DNA of 64,000 nucleotides. Source: Paramecium tetraurelia. Lineage: Eukaryota. A program made the position numbers and the translations under genes. The stretch is taken from the NCBI GenBank assembly GCA_000165425.1, contig CT868219.1, positions 252,728 through 316,727 on the forward strand. Reading direction: 5' to 3'. The notes beneath the pieces were generated by a model. That model was given only the letters and a program-made list of their open reading frames with translations. It had not been told where the DNA came from and ran no database searches. Shown here piece by piece: positions 39,486 to 53,438 of this stretch. The first letter of the stretch is position 1; each line of letters opens with the position of its first letter.

Positions 39486-41855
39486 TCAATTTTGCATTTA
39501 ATTCTAATTCACCTTTTTGAGAAATCCAATAACTTCAATTTAAAATTTCTTAGCCAAGTCTGAGAGATCTTCTTTGTTTCTATCGATTATTTTTTGTAAT
39601 TTTGGAGTTTAGGCAATGATTTTAAATTGTTCAATCACTCTATCATATTTTTAGATTCTTTCTTCTCTAGTTAAATCTGCCTTTGATAATTAATTGAAAA
39701 GCTTAATGTTAAGGATTTCCTTGTATAAAATCAAATAAATTACATCTCGAAATTAATTTAGAGTAGTCCAAGCAAAATCGAGTCCTCCTCTAATATGAGA
39801 AGTATACTTTGATTCGATTAGAATTCTAGCTTTCTCTAAAAGCATAGGGAGAGAATCAATAGGCACTTAACCAAACTTAGGAGATTGGGAATACAGAGAC
39901 AAAGCATCTTGCAATATTGAAGGTTCTTGGACTCTAATATAAAATAAAATTTATACTGATTGATAGCATTCATAGCAGATTTAAGATTATTGTTACTCCA
40001 CCAATGAAGGATGGGTTTCATATAATTCATTCTTTAAGTCAAGACTGATTAAACTTTATTGTGATCCTTGACAATCTCATGGATGAGATCAACTTATTTA
40101 AACTTCTCTTTATTTTAATCCCCCATCATAAATTAAGAAAGAGTTAAATCACTTGAAACTAGAATCTCTGATTCATTGTTAGGATATTCTTCCTCCTCCA
40201 TATTCGGAAGTATGACTTAAGGAACATTAACCTGTTAAATGGGTTTTTATGGATTGTGCTAAGGAGTGTGTACTTAATTCGAAAAATATTAATTGGGATC
40301 GTAATTTTAGTATAATTATTACGGTTATTATGCCAGTAGATTTTGTTGTAGATATAACTGATTTTGTTATTATTGTTAATAAAGTTAATTAGGCTATTAT
40401 TAATAAAGTTAATTAGGTTATTATTAATATAGCAAAGGATTTTAGTTTTAAAACTACTAAGGTTGTTGAATTTAGTATTAATATGGTATTTATTACTAGG
40501 GATATTGTTATTATTATTGATATCCATTATTATTAAGATATGGTTATCCCACAATTTACTATTATTAATAATAAGGTTATTATTGTTATTACTAAATCTC
40601 TTTCAATTGTTCATTAGATTTTTAACGATCATATTGATAATCTTAATTCAGTATGTTTTATGCCTGCATTTATAATGATGGTTTGCTTTTAAGTTTAGCT
40701 TCTGAATCTGAAGGTTTTGAATTTGCTGTTTAGATATCTGATCTTTTATCTGGTGTTCTCCCTCTTTTGATAGAAGCACCTCCACTAGATCTCACATCTA
40801 AATTTTTGGTCTCCTGGCAAATAGATTTAAGATTAACTCCATGAAGACTAAATCCATTTTGCACATTTGAGGATAGTCCCAACAATTGATCTCTTTCTTA
40901 GACTACAATCAAATCCATAACTCCCCTCCAACTACTTTCCACATTATCTAAAAGTTAACAATCATGTTCAACATCCCAAACTTTTAGAGAATCATTGGCA
41001 GCAGAATATAAGACTTTTCCATTTTATTCAAATAAGATACATTAAATCGGAGTTGTATCTGTTCTTGTAGACGAAAGCTAATTTACAAAAAGATTAAGGT
41101 ACTTAAGTTAATCTATCTAAGTCCCAATACCTGACGCATCGATCTCCTCCTCCTGAAGCTAATGCCTTGTCAACAGGATTAAAACTTAGACAAGTGATTT
41201 AATTGTCATGCTATGTAAAAGATGCTAATAATTTAGCTTAAGTGATATCCCAAATTTTAACTTATCCATCATTTGAACCTGAGGCCAATAACTTACAATT
41301 AGGAGAAACCGATAAAGCATTTATTTACATGCTGTGACCTTTGAATTGATTCACTACAGTTTTCGACCTTAAATCCCATAATTTAATTGAAGTGTCATAA
41401 GCACCACTTAGGAGAAGATTCTTATTCTCTTCAGTGGGATAAATGCAAAGAGAGTTAACACAAGTAGTGTGACCTTTGAGTGTTTAAATTTCTAGGTGAG
41501 ATGAATGGTATATAACATACATTTTTAATTTTCAACATCCCAGAGATTGATGATTCCTCTATTGGATCCTGAAAATAGTTCAGTTTCACAAAAGCTAAAA
41601 CTCACGCTTGCAACTTCAACTTACGCATTTGAAGTGTTTAATGAACTTAATGTCTAGGAATGTATTATAGAAGTACTGCAATGGGTTTTTGATTTCCAAT
41701 TTACCAGATTTGAACGCTATTCTTCTCATCTCCGGCAGCTATTAATTGCTTAGTGTAAGTTCCGAATCTTGCGCAAAGCACTTTTGATGTGACACATAAA
41801 TCAGCTTAATTTATTATTTGATTTACATACATAGTTTCTAATTTCTCTTCTTCAT
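39486..41855 (-). CDS. KATNB1: Katanin p80 WD40 subunit
   Basis: N-terminal WD40 repeats (GSNRGIINLWDVE, SGAYDTSIKLWD, SGSNDGQVKIWD, SGGGDRCVRYWD), Q-rich linker, C-terminal con80-like region (HNKVQSVLTQR..ADLTREERIQK). Confidence 0.88.
40377..40424 (-). repeat. 24 nt imperfect tandem duplication in the katanin Q-rich linker (QQQPNQLY x2)
   Basis: taataaagttaattaggctattat / taataaagttaattaggttattat. Confidence 0.7.
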
Positions 41856-41905
41856 TTTGTAAAATATATAATAATTACTTATTATAATTATATAATTATA
41901 ATATT

Positions 41906-43716
41906 TCATTTATCACTTTTAATCCATTACTCTAATTTTGCTAATCTCTCATGGTCAACTTTTTGGGCCTAAAATAAATAAGAAATGATAATAAACCTTT
42001 TAAGATAATTACAAAATTTAAATTTCTCCGAAGGAATCTCCAATAGCTATTTTAGTCCCATCTTTGGACCATTAGGATTTGTTGATGGAATTATTCCCAG
42101 ATTTATATCTTGTGATAGGTGCTTCTAAGTCATATGACAAATCCCATAAATCGACATAACCTTCTCCATCTACAGTTGAAAATAATGTAGGATGCTATCC
42201 ATTCCATTAAACATCATACACATAGTCTTCTGAACATTCAAAAGTGGATAAACATTTGGATTCTAATTGTGTTCTTGTATTCCATAACTTGCAAGTCCAA
42301 TCAAAAGAACTGCTTAGAAGCAAATTAGATATGAGTGGGGAGGCTTATGGTGATGAGTTCAATGAAATTCCACTAACTGGAGCCAAATGTTCTTCAAATG
42401 GAATGACAATATTTTCATTTGTATTTTGATGTAATTTAGATTTGTAAACGGATCCATCTTCAGCTCCAACATAGAAATTATTGGCATCCCCTTAAGGGAA
42501 TACCATGCAAGTGGCATTAACTTCTACTTAAGGGTTTGTTGATTACTATTTGTTTTTGGTTTTCAAATCAATGATCTTTTGTGGTTGATTGAATTAAGCT
42601 AAATTCCATATGCAAATTCTTCCATCATTCGATGCGGATATTATATTGTTTGCATTTTATGACCCCACAATACTTAGTCCATAAATAGGGTAACTATGTC
42701 CACCACTATTCAAGGTCGATCTCTTCTCAGGTGTATGTTTAGCTCTTAAATCCCACACAACCACTTAACCATTATACAATCCTCCTAGAACTATGTTAGG
42801 ACTAAAGGGATGAAAACAGGCCGATGTTATTGGACTGCTTGCAAAACAATAGAATTCAGGTCTGGATTTTAATTGCAAAGACCAGAGGAGTACTACTCCG
42901 ACTTAATCTGTTATAGATCCTTCTTCGTTTTAGGAATATGCAGCTAGGAATGTATTTGGCAAATTGGGTGACCATTAGATGGATGTAACAACTCGATTAT
43001 CTGTATACAATTTGTCACTGAATGACAGCAGTTTGGTTAGATTGTCCTTACCTATCTCTTAAGTCACTTATTATGTGTTCATCAAATCCTCAAGGACATC
43101 GACTTCTGCTCCATGAATGGCTTTCTCTATGGTTTTGGAGCTTCTTGAAAAAAATCTCTAGAATGATTGGGATTGAACGATGGAATTGATCTCTTCCATG
43201 GAGATATTCTTTTCTACTTTTTCAACTGGTTTTTCAGCACTTTGCAAAACTTCTCTTTTTTTTCTGGAATCTCTTCTGACATTCTCCATCGATGGTATTA
43301 CTTGATCCTCGTTTTCCTGCTTTTATTAAGGCACCTCAAAATCACATTATACACCAAATTCTATTGTCATTACTTCTGCCTGAGGAGGAGCAGGGTTGTT
43401 TGAATACATATCTATTGTCTAAAAGCCTAATTTTTTTCGCTTTGTTTGTAAATATAAATTTATTAGGTCTGGCTATTGGGGAGGGGCAATGACAGATTGA
43501 TTTTAAGCAGGCTGGTCTTACTGGAAAGATTAATTGCTATCAACGTTTGCTTAAGCTTAAGTCACCTACTATTAAGGTTAGGTGACGGGAGCAATCGTAG
43601 TGGATTATTGAAGTTGCTGTTATTTAATACTTAAATAATTTTAATAATTAATACGCCTATATCCTTTGTCTTTTATCTTGCAATAATCTTTATTTTTCTT
43701 CTGGACTTATCATCAT
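41906..43716 (-). CDS. Cytoplasmic dynein intermediate chain (WD40)
   Basis: RVVTSIQWSP..FLAAYS, VLLWSL..PEF, GGLYNGQVVVWD, GHSYPIYGL.IVGSQNANNIISASNDGRICIW, VGAEDGSVY, LLSSSFDWTCKLW. Confidence 0.88.
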
Positions 43717-43778
43717 ATAATTTAATTATTTGAATTTATATTTTATTTAATTTTCTCATTAGATGTATAATTAAAGAA

Positions 43779-45532
43779 TCAACTCAATTTTATTATTACT
43801 TAGAGTTGTCAATGATATTTAAAAGCTATTTGATTTAAACATCATTCAGCATATACAATTTACAATACTTTGATGTTAAAATTCTTACATTCTACTTTGA
43901 TGGACTAAAACTTAACATATTTTCTATTAATGAACCCAAGAATCCAAAAATGGTATTTTTCTCTCTAAAATACATTAAAATTAAGACCTCTCTATAGAAT
44001 CATTGATATTCTCATTCATTCTCATATCTTATTGCTTTTTCATCTCATCGTGTAGACTTTCAAAAAATATGGCATCCCACAAATCAATCTTATCAAAAAT
44101 TGAGTGATGTTGAATTCCATCATACAAAAATATCTTCTCCGCCTTCTCAATCCTATAAAACGTAAAAGTCATCAACATCAATTTCCTCACTGTAAATGCA
44201 TCCAACTCTTCCATACACTATCTAATTACATTGATTTTATACCAAATCCAATAATTGATTCAACAAATCCACTATATTCTAATATGAAATTTAGCAGATT
44301 TCAAATTTTTTATCCAGTCTGAATTATTAAAACTCATAAACCCAAATCTATCTGCCAATCAAGTTATTACTTAGTAAGTTTATTAGAGATTTTAAATTCA
44401 CTTATTGAGATGACCATAATTCTTACATCTAATTATGGATTCTCTCTTAACATAATGATATATTTGTAACCAAATCCTAATTCTATGATTAAACCAAATA
44501 ATTAATTTTCTCATAGTCATTCTTCAGAATGTCCATATTCAGTGTGATCAATTACCGATTGTACTAAACATTTTAACATTTTGTATTTATAAAATGAGTA
44601 ATACGATCTACCCAATTATCTTCAATCTTAAGAACTGAACTTTAAACAAAGCTCTTCTATTCTTTGAACTTAATCAGTAAGGATTTTAAATATTATTCCT
44701 TGAAACGATAAAGACTATATTCACCCTAAATCTGGTTCAAATTCTACATATAATTTAGAAGCTATTACTTCAAATATTCTATCATTCTAAAAGAGTAAAT
44801 TGGTTACAGTCTTCAATTAGTTTACTCTATCCTCATCTTATGTTTAGAACTCCTCAATTATCTTGGAAATTCTCAGTTCATATCCCTGTAAGAACTGTTC
44901 ATATGAGGATTGTTAGCTGTTTAGTTTTTCTCTGAGCTCTTTGAGATTTCTAAACAGCTTATCCGATTTTAATGTATTTTCGTTTTTCTTCTACGGCTAC
45001 AACTGGCTCAGATTCTCTTGAGAAAACTTCTATATTTAATGCTGAAAATAATCATTGTTTTTTTAGTTTAATTAGCTTATCAGCTAATTATTCTATATAA
45101 TTTTCATACCTTTTCAACGTCGGTCTTCTCTTGTTTTAATTGGGCAGACAGCTTTCGACCGTCGGAGATCAAACTTCTTACCTTTATGTTTTAATCTTTC
45201 ACTAATAAATTCAATTAATTGATGATATAATCTTTGATAAATTACGCATAGGCCCTCGACTCTTTAATCTTTTGCCTTATTTCATTACAATACAGAGCTA
45301 TTATTTTTTCTAAATTGACTGCAGAATCGGCTGAATTCCTATTGACCAATAATTCAGATATCCCATCTTCCAAATTCTTTGAGTACTCATATTCAGCATT
45401 CACGCGATTCTACAAGGAATCAATCATTTTAGTGATATCGTTTCTTCCTTTCGTTGACTCTCTAACTACATTTTCGAAATATTCCAATTCCTACCCTCCT
45501 ATATATTTTTATAAAGTTAAAGTCAAACTCAT
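43779..45532 (-). CDS. F-BAR/FCH-like N-terminus plus SBF1/SBF2-like C-terminal domain protein
   Basis: N-terminal R.NAEYEYSKNL FCH-like motif with coiled coil; C-terminal KLMLMTFTFY..HSIFDKIDLWDAIFFESLHDE. Confidence 0.6.
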
Positions 45533-45718
45533 ATAAAAATTATAGCATTCCAATTTTAGGAATAAATATCTATTAATACTTGCTTCTCAAAAGTGATTTT
45601 CCCTAAATTAACTTCTTAAATGATTCTAAATCTAAACAAATTTGTTTCTATAAGTTAGATCAAGTTAATAAATAAAAACCTCTTTTACTAGCAAAGTATA
45701 TTATTATTAAACAAATAA

Positions 45719-47841
45719 ATGAAGTCTGTCGCCCTTTCAAAAATCAAGAAAGCCATTAAATAATTCGATCTCTTCGGAGTCGAATTAAACCTGAATATTA
45801 ATCAGTAGGAGAAATATCGAAGTGCCTGCGGAGGGATAGCATCATTAATTATGATTTTCTTGTTGGGCTACATTTTTACTAATCGCTTCATTAGTATCAT
45901 CAACAAGGAAGATTACACAGTAAATGCTGTAGTTTATCTATAGATTAAAGTTTAAAACCTCAAAAGCGCTAATCCAAATTATAATATCATGAATAGTTAA
46001 AATTTCATGTTCGCGATTAAAGTGAATGATCCTTTGTAAAGTTACTATTAAAATGAAACTAGAACGTCATACAACATTACAATTCAACAATTTTTATAAA
46101 AAAGCTATTAAAATGGAACAAAAACGAAAGAACTATTAAAATTTTACAAATTAGAAAGATGTACAGCTGATCATTTTGAAGCAGTTAACTTCGTTGATTA
46201 TTCATATATTTTTAAGTAGTTAAGTTCGTACCTGTGTTTACCATTAGATTATGAACTTTATCTACAAGGAGGTTATAATTCTGAGATTTTTTTTTTTCCT
46301 AAATTAATCATAGAAACTTGCAAGAATGAATCAGACCACTGTTATTCTAAATAAGAAATAGTCGAATTTAATCAAAATAGATCTTCCACAATTACACTTT
46401 CAACTTTAATTAAATCAAGTTTATTTTTATCAAATGAGACAAAAAATACATTATACCATTATATTGACTCTGACTTTTACCTTTAATCAGATTTTACTCA
46501 CTACTCCACATCAGACATCTTCTTTTAATTCAACAAAATAAAGATTGATGATAGCCTATTGAGCATGGTGACAACCTCTACAGAAGAACTAGATTATTGG
46601 TCATTCTCCTTAACTAATTACAGATAATTTTAAGTATATATAAAAATAAGTGATAGAAAGAAGTAACAGATATTGATGTATTGTTTGAAATAAATCTTAG
46701 ATTAGATGCTGAATAATAGGTAACAACAAAAACAGCATAGAGATTTGATTAATTTTTGTCATATTTAGGGGGGATGTTAAAGTTTTTCTCAGCCTTATTT
46801 GGTTTTGTTGCCATTTAATATAATTTCTTAGCAATGAGAATCTCATTGGCTAATGTACTGTATGAATTTAACCTTCCAATAAAAGAACAAGGGAGAGTGA
46901 CTTTCTCATATGATCGGCTATTAAACTTTATTTAATTGAAAGTAAATAGGGTTGATGAATTGATTGGAAAACTTAAAAATTATGCTCATTAAGTAGTTAA
47001 ACTCAGCAATATAACAAGAGCGTGGACATCATTTTCTTCGCATACACGATTAATGAAATAAGGATAACATGACGTAGGCGAGCATTAGTATTCAAAATAG
47101 GAAATTAATGAGTATGCTGAAAAATTAAAAGAAATGAAGGAAAATTTTCTATATAGTTTAATTTAAAAGATTTTAGATACTAAGAAATAGTTGAGGTTAG
47201 GAATTAACTTTTTCACTCTTGTTTTTTATTGTTGCTAATGTTTCCAAAGGGTTTAGGTGACTCGGAAATTAATTAATTAATGTGATTTAATGATTAGAAG
47301 AGATTTAGATATTGTAACAATATTGAGTAAGATCTAACAGATTGAAAAATTGAAGGCAACAATTTTGGATTAAGATTAAATTTATGTTTTCAATTACATT
47401 CCAAAACCTGTTATATTTGTTGATCAGCATTATCAAATATCAACAGATGAATAATTATAATAAAATTAACTTATTTAAAAAATTAATTCATAAAAAAGAG
47501 CTAGGGTTATCAAAAAGAGAATGAAATATAATTCTTAAAAAAAATTTGCAAAGATTTACAAAGCCTATTTAAAATTGAAGGAATCAAAAAACGATATTAA
47601 TAATCGGTTAATTTAATTACTAGGTCCAACTATGGAACTCATATTTTAAAAATATCATGAACTCTAAGAAATAGCGAAATAGAAAGAAGATCTGGCTCTA
47701 ACCCTTCCCATGCCTTAAATATCATCTGTAAGAAGTGGAAATCTGCATACTTATGATTCTAAATAAGATACCAAATTGAATATTAAAATAACACAAAAAG
47801 ATATAAGTGATGATGGGAATATAGAGTTTTAAGGAGAATGA
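45719..47841 (+). CDS. Ciliate two-TM protein family (copy 3)
   Basis: FDLFGVELNLNINQQEKYRSACGG + TM1, ERCTADHF..YLCLPLDY.LYLQGGYNS, DQFLSYLGG + TM2, DLDIVTILSKIQQIEKLK..FNYIPKP. Confidence 0.8.
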
Positions 47842-47914
47842 CACTTTAAAGCCAATTCTTGATTTATATTCTCTTTATATGTATAATATTTTATATATAT
47901 GTTGTTCTAATTTA

Positions 47915-49388
47915 TCAAATTGACTTTAAAAATTCCTTTAACTTGTTTAATTTAAGAACTGCTTGATCCATATAATTTTTGAATTCAACCCAAGTCAACT
48001 ATTAATATGTTTTTAATAGATACAGTTCGATCATTAGATTATTTATCACCCTCTGAATTTAAGTCATCAACCACTTCTTGAGCAAGTTAATTAACCATTT
48101 CTTCAAAATTTTCATTTTATCCTTTCAACTATGAAAATAAATCAATTTATTGATACTTTAAATTTAGTTTGCATATCCTTCATGTTATCTGTTAATAATT
48201 ATTTAATTTCTAGAATACTAAGTGCTCCACTGTTATCTTTGTCATATTTATTGAAAAGCTATTTGAGATTTCCTCTAAACTAGAATTTACCCTTGTCTTC
48301 CACACATAGGTATTGTATCCATTCTTCCCTTGAAACATATCCTGAATTGTCTTTATCCAATATTTTCATCTCCTCCTTAATTCTAAACAAATCTGGCTTA
48401 TCTCCTTCATAGGCATACAATAAGAACTTCAATTCCGAGATTGATGTCTAATTGTCGGAATTGATATCTGATGAATCAAAAGCACTCCATGCAGCCATAA
48501 TATCCTCATAAGCTTCTTTTAAAATTCCATTTGGATATTGCTGGTTTTATTCATCATGCTTTTGATGTATTTTAGTAGATTAGATCAAAATATCAATTAG
48601 CAATTCGATAGTCTCTTTCTTTTGCTCTTTAAGTTCTGCAAAAAACAAGGTTTTTATGGAATCAGCATCACAATATTATTGATCTGCTCCTCCTGCTGCA
48701 GCCTCATAGAATTTTTGAAAGAAGATTCTTCTTTCCTTTGCTCTTCTATCAGCATTTTCATAGGTTTGGATTAAGGCATATTATAGCATAAAATCTTATA
48801 ATTCCCATGAATTCAAAAGCCATAGGCCAAATTCATGGAATGATATTGATGCACTCCTATCTGAATCTAATTGAATAAACATTTTTTCTGCAAAATATTC
48901 TAGATCCTTAAGTTCTGGAGGTTACAGTTTTGCAATTTTGCACAATGCTCTAATACTTGTTTATAAGGTCATAATGAGTTCTTTTTTCTCGATCTCACCT
49001 GATTGATCGAAATCAAACATTTTATAGATGAACTCCAATTTAGTATTGAATTCTTCTCCACAGAAGACAATCTAGTAGATAATGTAAATTTTATACAATG
49101 ACAGCCAAACTTTCATAGATATCCACTTATCCAGCAGATGAATTATTGTTTTCCAATAATAGAAACACCTATTCAGTCCATTCTTCTAGTATTCCCCCAA
49201 ATACATCCAAATACTCATCCAATATTAGGGTGCTTTTAGTCGGATAAGAATCATTGATCATCTCTATGCACTAAAGGTTTCTATGTATATTTTACATCAT
49301 TAATGTGTTATAGTTTTCTTGTTTTAAGGAAATTGATCAAAGTCTCTTCTAGTGGTCCTTTGGGGACAGTTCTAAAATAATTGCCCAT
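47915..49388 (-). CDS. Multi-EF-hand calcium sensor with a possible N-myristoylation site
   Basis: Starts MGNYF; EF loops DFDQSGEIEKKE, DSDRSASISFHE, DINSDNQTSISE, DKDNSGYVSREE and DKDNSGALSILE. Confidence 0.8.
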
Positions 49389-49578
49389 TTTTAATTAAAT
49401 TTTATATAATAAAATTAAATGAAACAGTGCATTATATCTATCAAATATCATTGGATTCTGGCTAAGAATAAGACATAAATTGAAATAAAATAATTAATTA
49501 TTTCCTTAAAAATCAATTAATATCAATATTCCGAATTGGTCTTTTAATATTCACTATAAAAAACAATATTTAATAAAA

Positions 49579-51690
49579 ATGTATTAAAAAATTGTAGGAT
49601 TAATACAAGATGCTGACATGTTCGGAGCTGATATAACACTGAATATTCAAAACAAAGGAAAGTTTACTTCATTTTTTGGAGGTTTCATGAGTTTGGTTGT
49701 TTGGATTGCCATGATTTATGTGTTTATTTCATAAGGAGTAGATTTAGTAAATAGAGTAGATCAATAAGTAATACTGTGATTAAGAATAAGGCTGTCACTA
49801 GAACAATAAATGACATCAGTCCAAATGCTAGAGTTCTCAATATCTCTAATTTTATGATTGGTATTAAGCTCGATGATCCTTTATAAGCTCTAATGAACAC
49901 CACAAATTAAACAATGTTTAACATAACCATTAATCAGAATCACTATATTACTTACCCTAATAAAACCAGAATTAAAACTGTAAATGCAAGTCTAACTCTT
50001 GAATAATGCACAAGTCAACATTTTTCCTCTTTGAACTTGATATCTGAGACTGATGAGTTGGAGTCCTTTACTTCATATCTTTGTTTGCCTTTAGATTACT
50101 CATTTGTTTTGGAAGGTTCATTCAATTCTCAAAGTTTTCAATACACTTCAATTAAAGTTGCTCCTTGCAAAGATTCTTCAAATTGCTTTACAACAGACTA
50201 ATTGAACTTATTATCTGAAAGACAATCATTCAAATTATCGACCTTGATGTTCACAACCATCATAAATCCATTTTCTAACGATGAAATTATATCCCAGTAA
50301 CTATTTTAGGACTTTTATCAACAAACCAAAAAACTCTAAGAATAAGTATCGGATATATTTTTAGAGCCTAATACTCTCGAGATCGATAATTCAGTATTTC
50401 CTTTTGAAGATGATTCCTTCTTTGGAGAATTCTGGTCATTTCGTCTAGGAAACATACGGAACTTTGTTGTAATTAATTAATATATATTCATATTAGAATG
50501 ATTATGCCGAACCTACTAGTTATTTTACTGTCAATCTCAGAATTTCCTCTGAATATTATTCTTCCTTTATATCTTATAACAAATTTGGTGATTTCATCTC
50601 ATTCATTGGAGGAACCTTGAAAGTTATCTCTAGTTTAATCGGTATCATAGTCATTAATTACAATACAGTTGGATTTAAATTAATGCTTGCCAATTCTCTT
50701 TACTCCTGTCATATTGATGATCTTTCTAAAACCAAAAAAAGGGAAGAGCATAATGATATTTTCAAATTTATTTAGAAAGAAAAAGAAAAAGCAGAAGCTA
50801 TGTTACAAAGATTTAGAGGATCAACAAAAAAATTGCTATAATTTAATAAGGTTACAGGAATTTTCAAATCTTAAAGATTTACTTAAGTTTATAAATCAGA
50901 TACAGATTTACTCAAAGATGTTCAGTAGTCCTCGAATGTTAAAGAAATAGATTCAGTAAAACTAGAACCAACTAGTCATGAACATGGATCTATTGACCAT
51001 CTCAAAGATACTTTTATCTAAAATATGGTTGAACACTTGCTTATTGCTAATGAGAAAATTAAATTAGGGTTGAATTTTGTAATTTATTATCTTTCTTGTT
51101 TCAGGCATTTTGAAAAATATAAACGAATTTATATAGTACTTCAAAAGTCAACAATCAATATAAACAATGATCTGGATATTGTTCTAATTTTGCAGAAACT
51201 CTAAGAAATCAATAAACTAAAGAGCTTATTGCTAGATTAGCATCAATTACAGCTTTTTAATTATATCCCATAACCAGTAATCACATGGCATGGACTTTAA
51301 GTAAAAGACCCATAATTATCAAAGGACTCTATAGAAAAAGCAAATGCAATTGGCAAAGTCGCTAGATATGATACTCGAAACAAAATGCTAAAACTATTTA
51401 GAGCCTATCAAGAAGTGAAAATAGAAGAAAATGAAAAAGAAATAAATTCTCGTCTTATCTAGTAACTGGGGCCAACTGTCCAGAAAGTGTTCCAATAATC
51501 TTATTAAATAGCAGAAGACTATAACAAAATGAAATAAGAAGAAGATGCTCATGTCAAAACAAGTAAAAAGGCCCCTTTGAATACCATGAATGTATCTTAG
51601 CATAATTTAGTGGTAAAACCAACTTAAGGCACAAATTACTTGCATTCTAAATCAGATGCAATCGAAATTGAAGATATTGTTTTTGAATGA
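49579..51690 (+). CDS. Ciliate two-TM protein family (copy 4)
   Basis: ADMFGADITLNIQNKGKFTSFFGG + TM1, EQCTSQHF..YLCLPLDY.FVLEGSFNS, GDFISFIGG + TM2, DLDIVLILQKLQEINKLK..FNYIPQP. Confidence 0.8.
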
Positions 51691-51769
51691 CATGCTTTAT
51701 TTAATTGACATGATTCTAAAAAGCATATATAAGTAGAACTTATTATTATTTCAAATATAAATTTACATC

Positions 51770-52133
51770 TCAATTTTGCTCCTACTAGGCTGCCTATAAC
51801 TAAAGAGCTATAAAATAAATTACTAACTTCTTTTTTTAATTCTGCAACTTCTCTCTTTAATTTGATGTTTTCATCCTTAAGTTTTTCATACTCTAATTTT
51901 AGCTTATCTACATCAATGTCCACAGGAGATCCCAAATATTTTTTCACATAACTAAGTAAAATACTCAAATTACTCAATTGCATTGTTTGGCTTCTCTGGT
52001 TCTTCATATAACCCAACCAATACTCTTGTAAGCTGATCAATCACTCCAGCCTTCTCCAAATACTTTCTAAATTCTTCTTTTTTGGAATCTGTTGTCTATG
52101 CTATAGCAAATTAAAATTTACCTAAAAACTCAT
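51770..52133 (-). CDS. MYCBP: c-Myc-binding protein / FAP174 homologue
   Basis: DSKKEEFRKYLEKAGVIDQLTRVLVGLYEEPEKPNNAIDYVKKYLG followed by coiled coil; 3 introns. Confidence 0.9.
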
Positions 52134-52330
52134 TAGTTTTAATATTTTTAATAATAATGCATTTGATTAATAATAACTATTAAAGTCACAGGCATTAGTG
52201 AATACAAGTAGATATTAAGAATTAGATCTTATTTCTAAATTATAATATCACTTTTAGAAAATCCTTTTAAAGTCCTTAAATATTATTATCAGAAATTTCA
52301 TTATTATGTTTTCAATAATATTTATAATAT

Positions 52331-53125
52331 ATGGATTAATTATCAAAGGAGATTGTCCTAGTTAACAAGGACATATACAATTAGCTCTATGACACGCAAT
52401 CATACAAAAAATTGGAGCAGTTAAAAAAAATGAACCTTTAACCATCTCCAATTAATGTTGCAAAAGATCTGCTAAGTGCGAGAGAAAACCCAAAAGAATA
52501 TGCAAAATAACATAAATTAGATTTTAAGTTTAGATAAACACAGTTTTGGTAACCATCTATTAAGGATGCAATGTCAAATCAATAAAGCTAATAATAGCAA
52601 TAGTAACTAGGATAATAATAAGATTAATAGTAACTGATAGATACAACTAATGCAATATCATTTATTGAGAGTTCGAAAAATGAAGAATCATAAATTTAAC
52701 AATCTTCATAGTCAACAAGAAGGAAAATACTGGTTAAACAGAGGCTCTCAAAATAGCCAAGTGACTCATCCATATGGAAGAAGCCTCTTAAGTAAATAAA
52801 TAAAATTATGTTATAATTCAAACAAGATAGCAAAGCAGAATATTTAGCCATTATAAAATATGAAGATGCAAGTAATTAACTTGAATAGAAATCAATGGAT
52901 AATACTAAAAAAATTTAATGGGATTGTCAAGTGAAATTTGAAATTACAGAAGATTAAAATTTATATATCATTATTGTGTAATAATAATAAGGAAAGATAG
53001 GATAGTAAAATGTATTATAATAAACAATAAATATACAAAATGTTGAAAAATAGTTTCAATAAGAGGTGTAATTAAAGTATTTAAAAAACACTATTAACGC
53101 TACTTTATTAGTTGAATTCAATTGA
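52331..53125 (+). CDS. Hypothetical protein, possible C-terminal C2-like beta domain
   Basis: Code-6 ORF; C-terminal IQWDCQVKFEI..LYIIIV..GKIG..ATLLVEF pattern. Confidence 0.55.
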
Positions 53126-53438
53126 AAGGTTATAATTTATATCAAAATATTATTATCATTAAAATATTTTATCTGAAGTAAGCCCGTAATTTTTATTAAT
53201 AATACCATACATTTTTTAAATTATTTATAATTTAATTAGCAAGTGGACTAGTTAAAGAGTTACTTCCACTATTTATGGCGCAAATGTTTTATACTGTTGG
53301 CACTCTTCTGCGAATCTTTTTTTAAGTGTTTTACATAGAAGCAAATATGGCATGTTATTTCATTAGGATGAAGAATAAAGTTAATAATTTATGATTATCG
53401 TTTAAATTAATTTTAATTAAATAGTTATTATTTGTAAT

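Noticed and set aside
40159..40675. Standard-code ORFs of 131 aa (-) and 70 aa (+)
   Set aside because: Off-frame or antisense readings of the Q-rich (TAA/TAG) katanin p80 linker
53130..53400. Possible small ORF or ncRNA between two genes
   Set aside because: Several short frames are open on both strands under code 6 with nothing to choose between them, and no recognisable RNA motif
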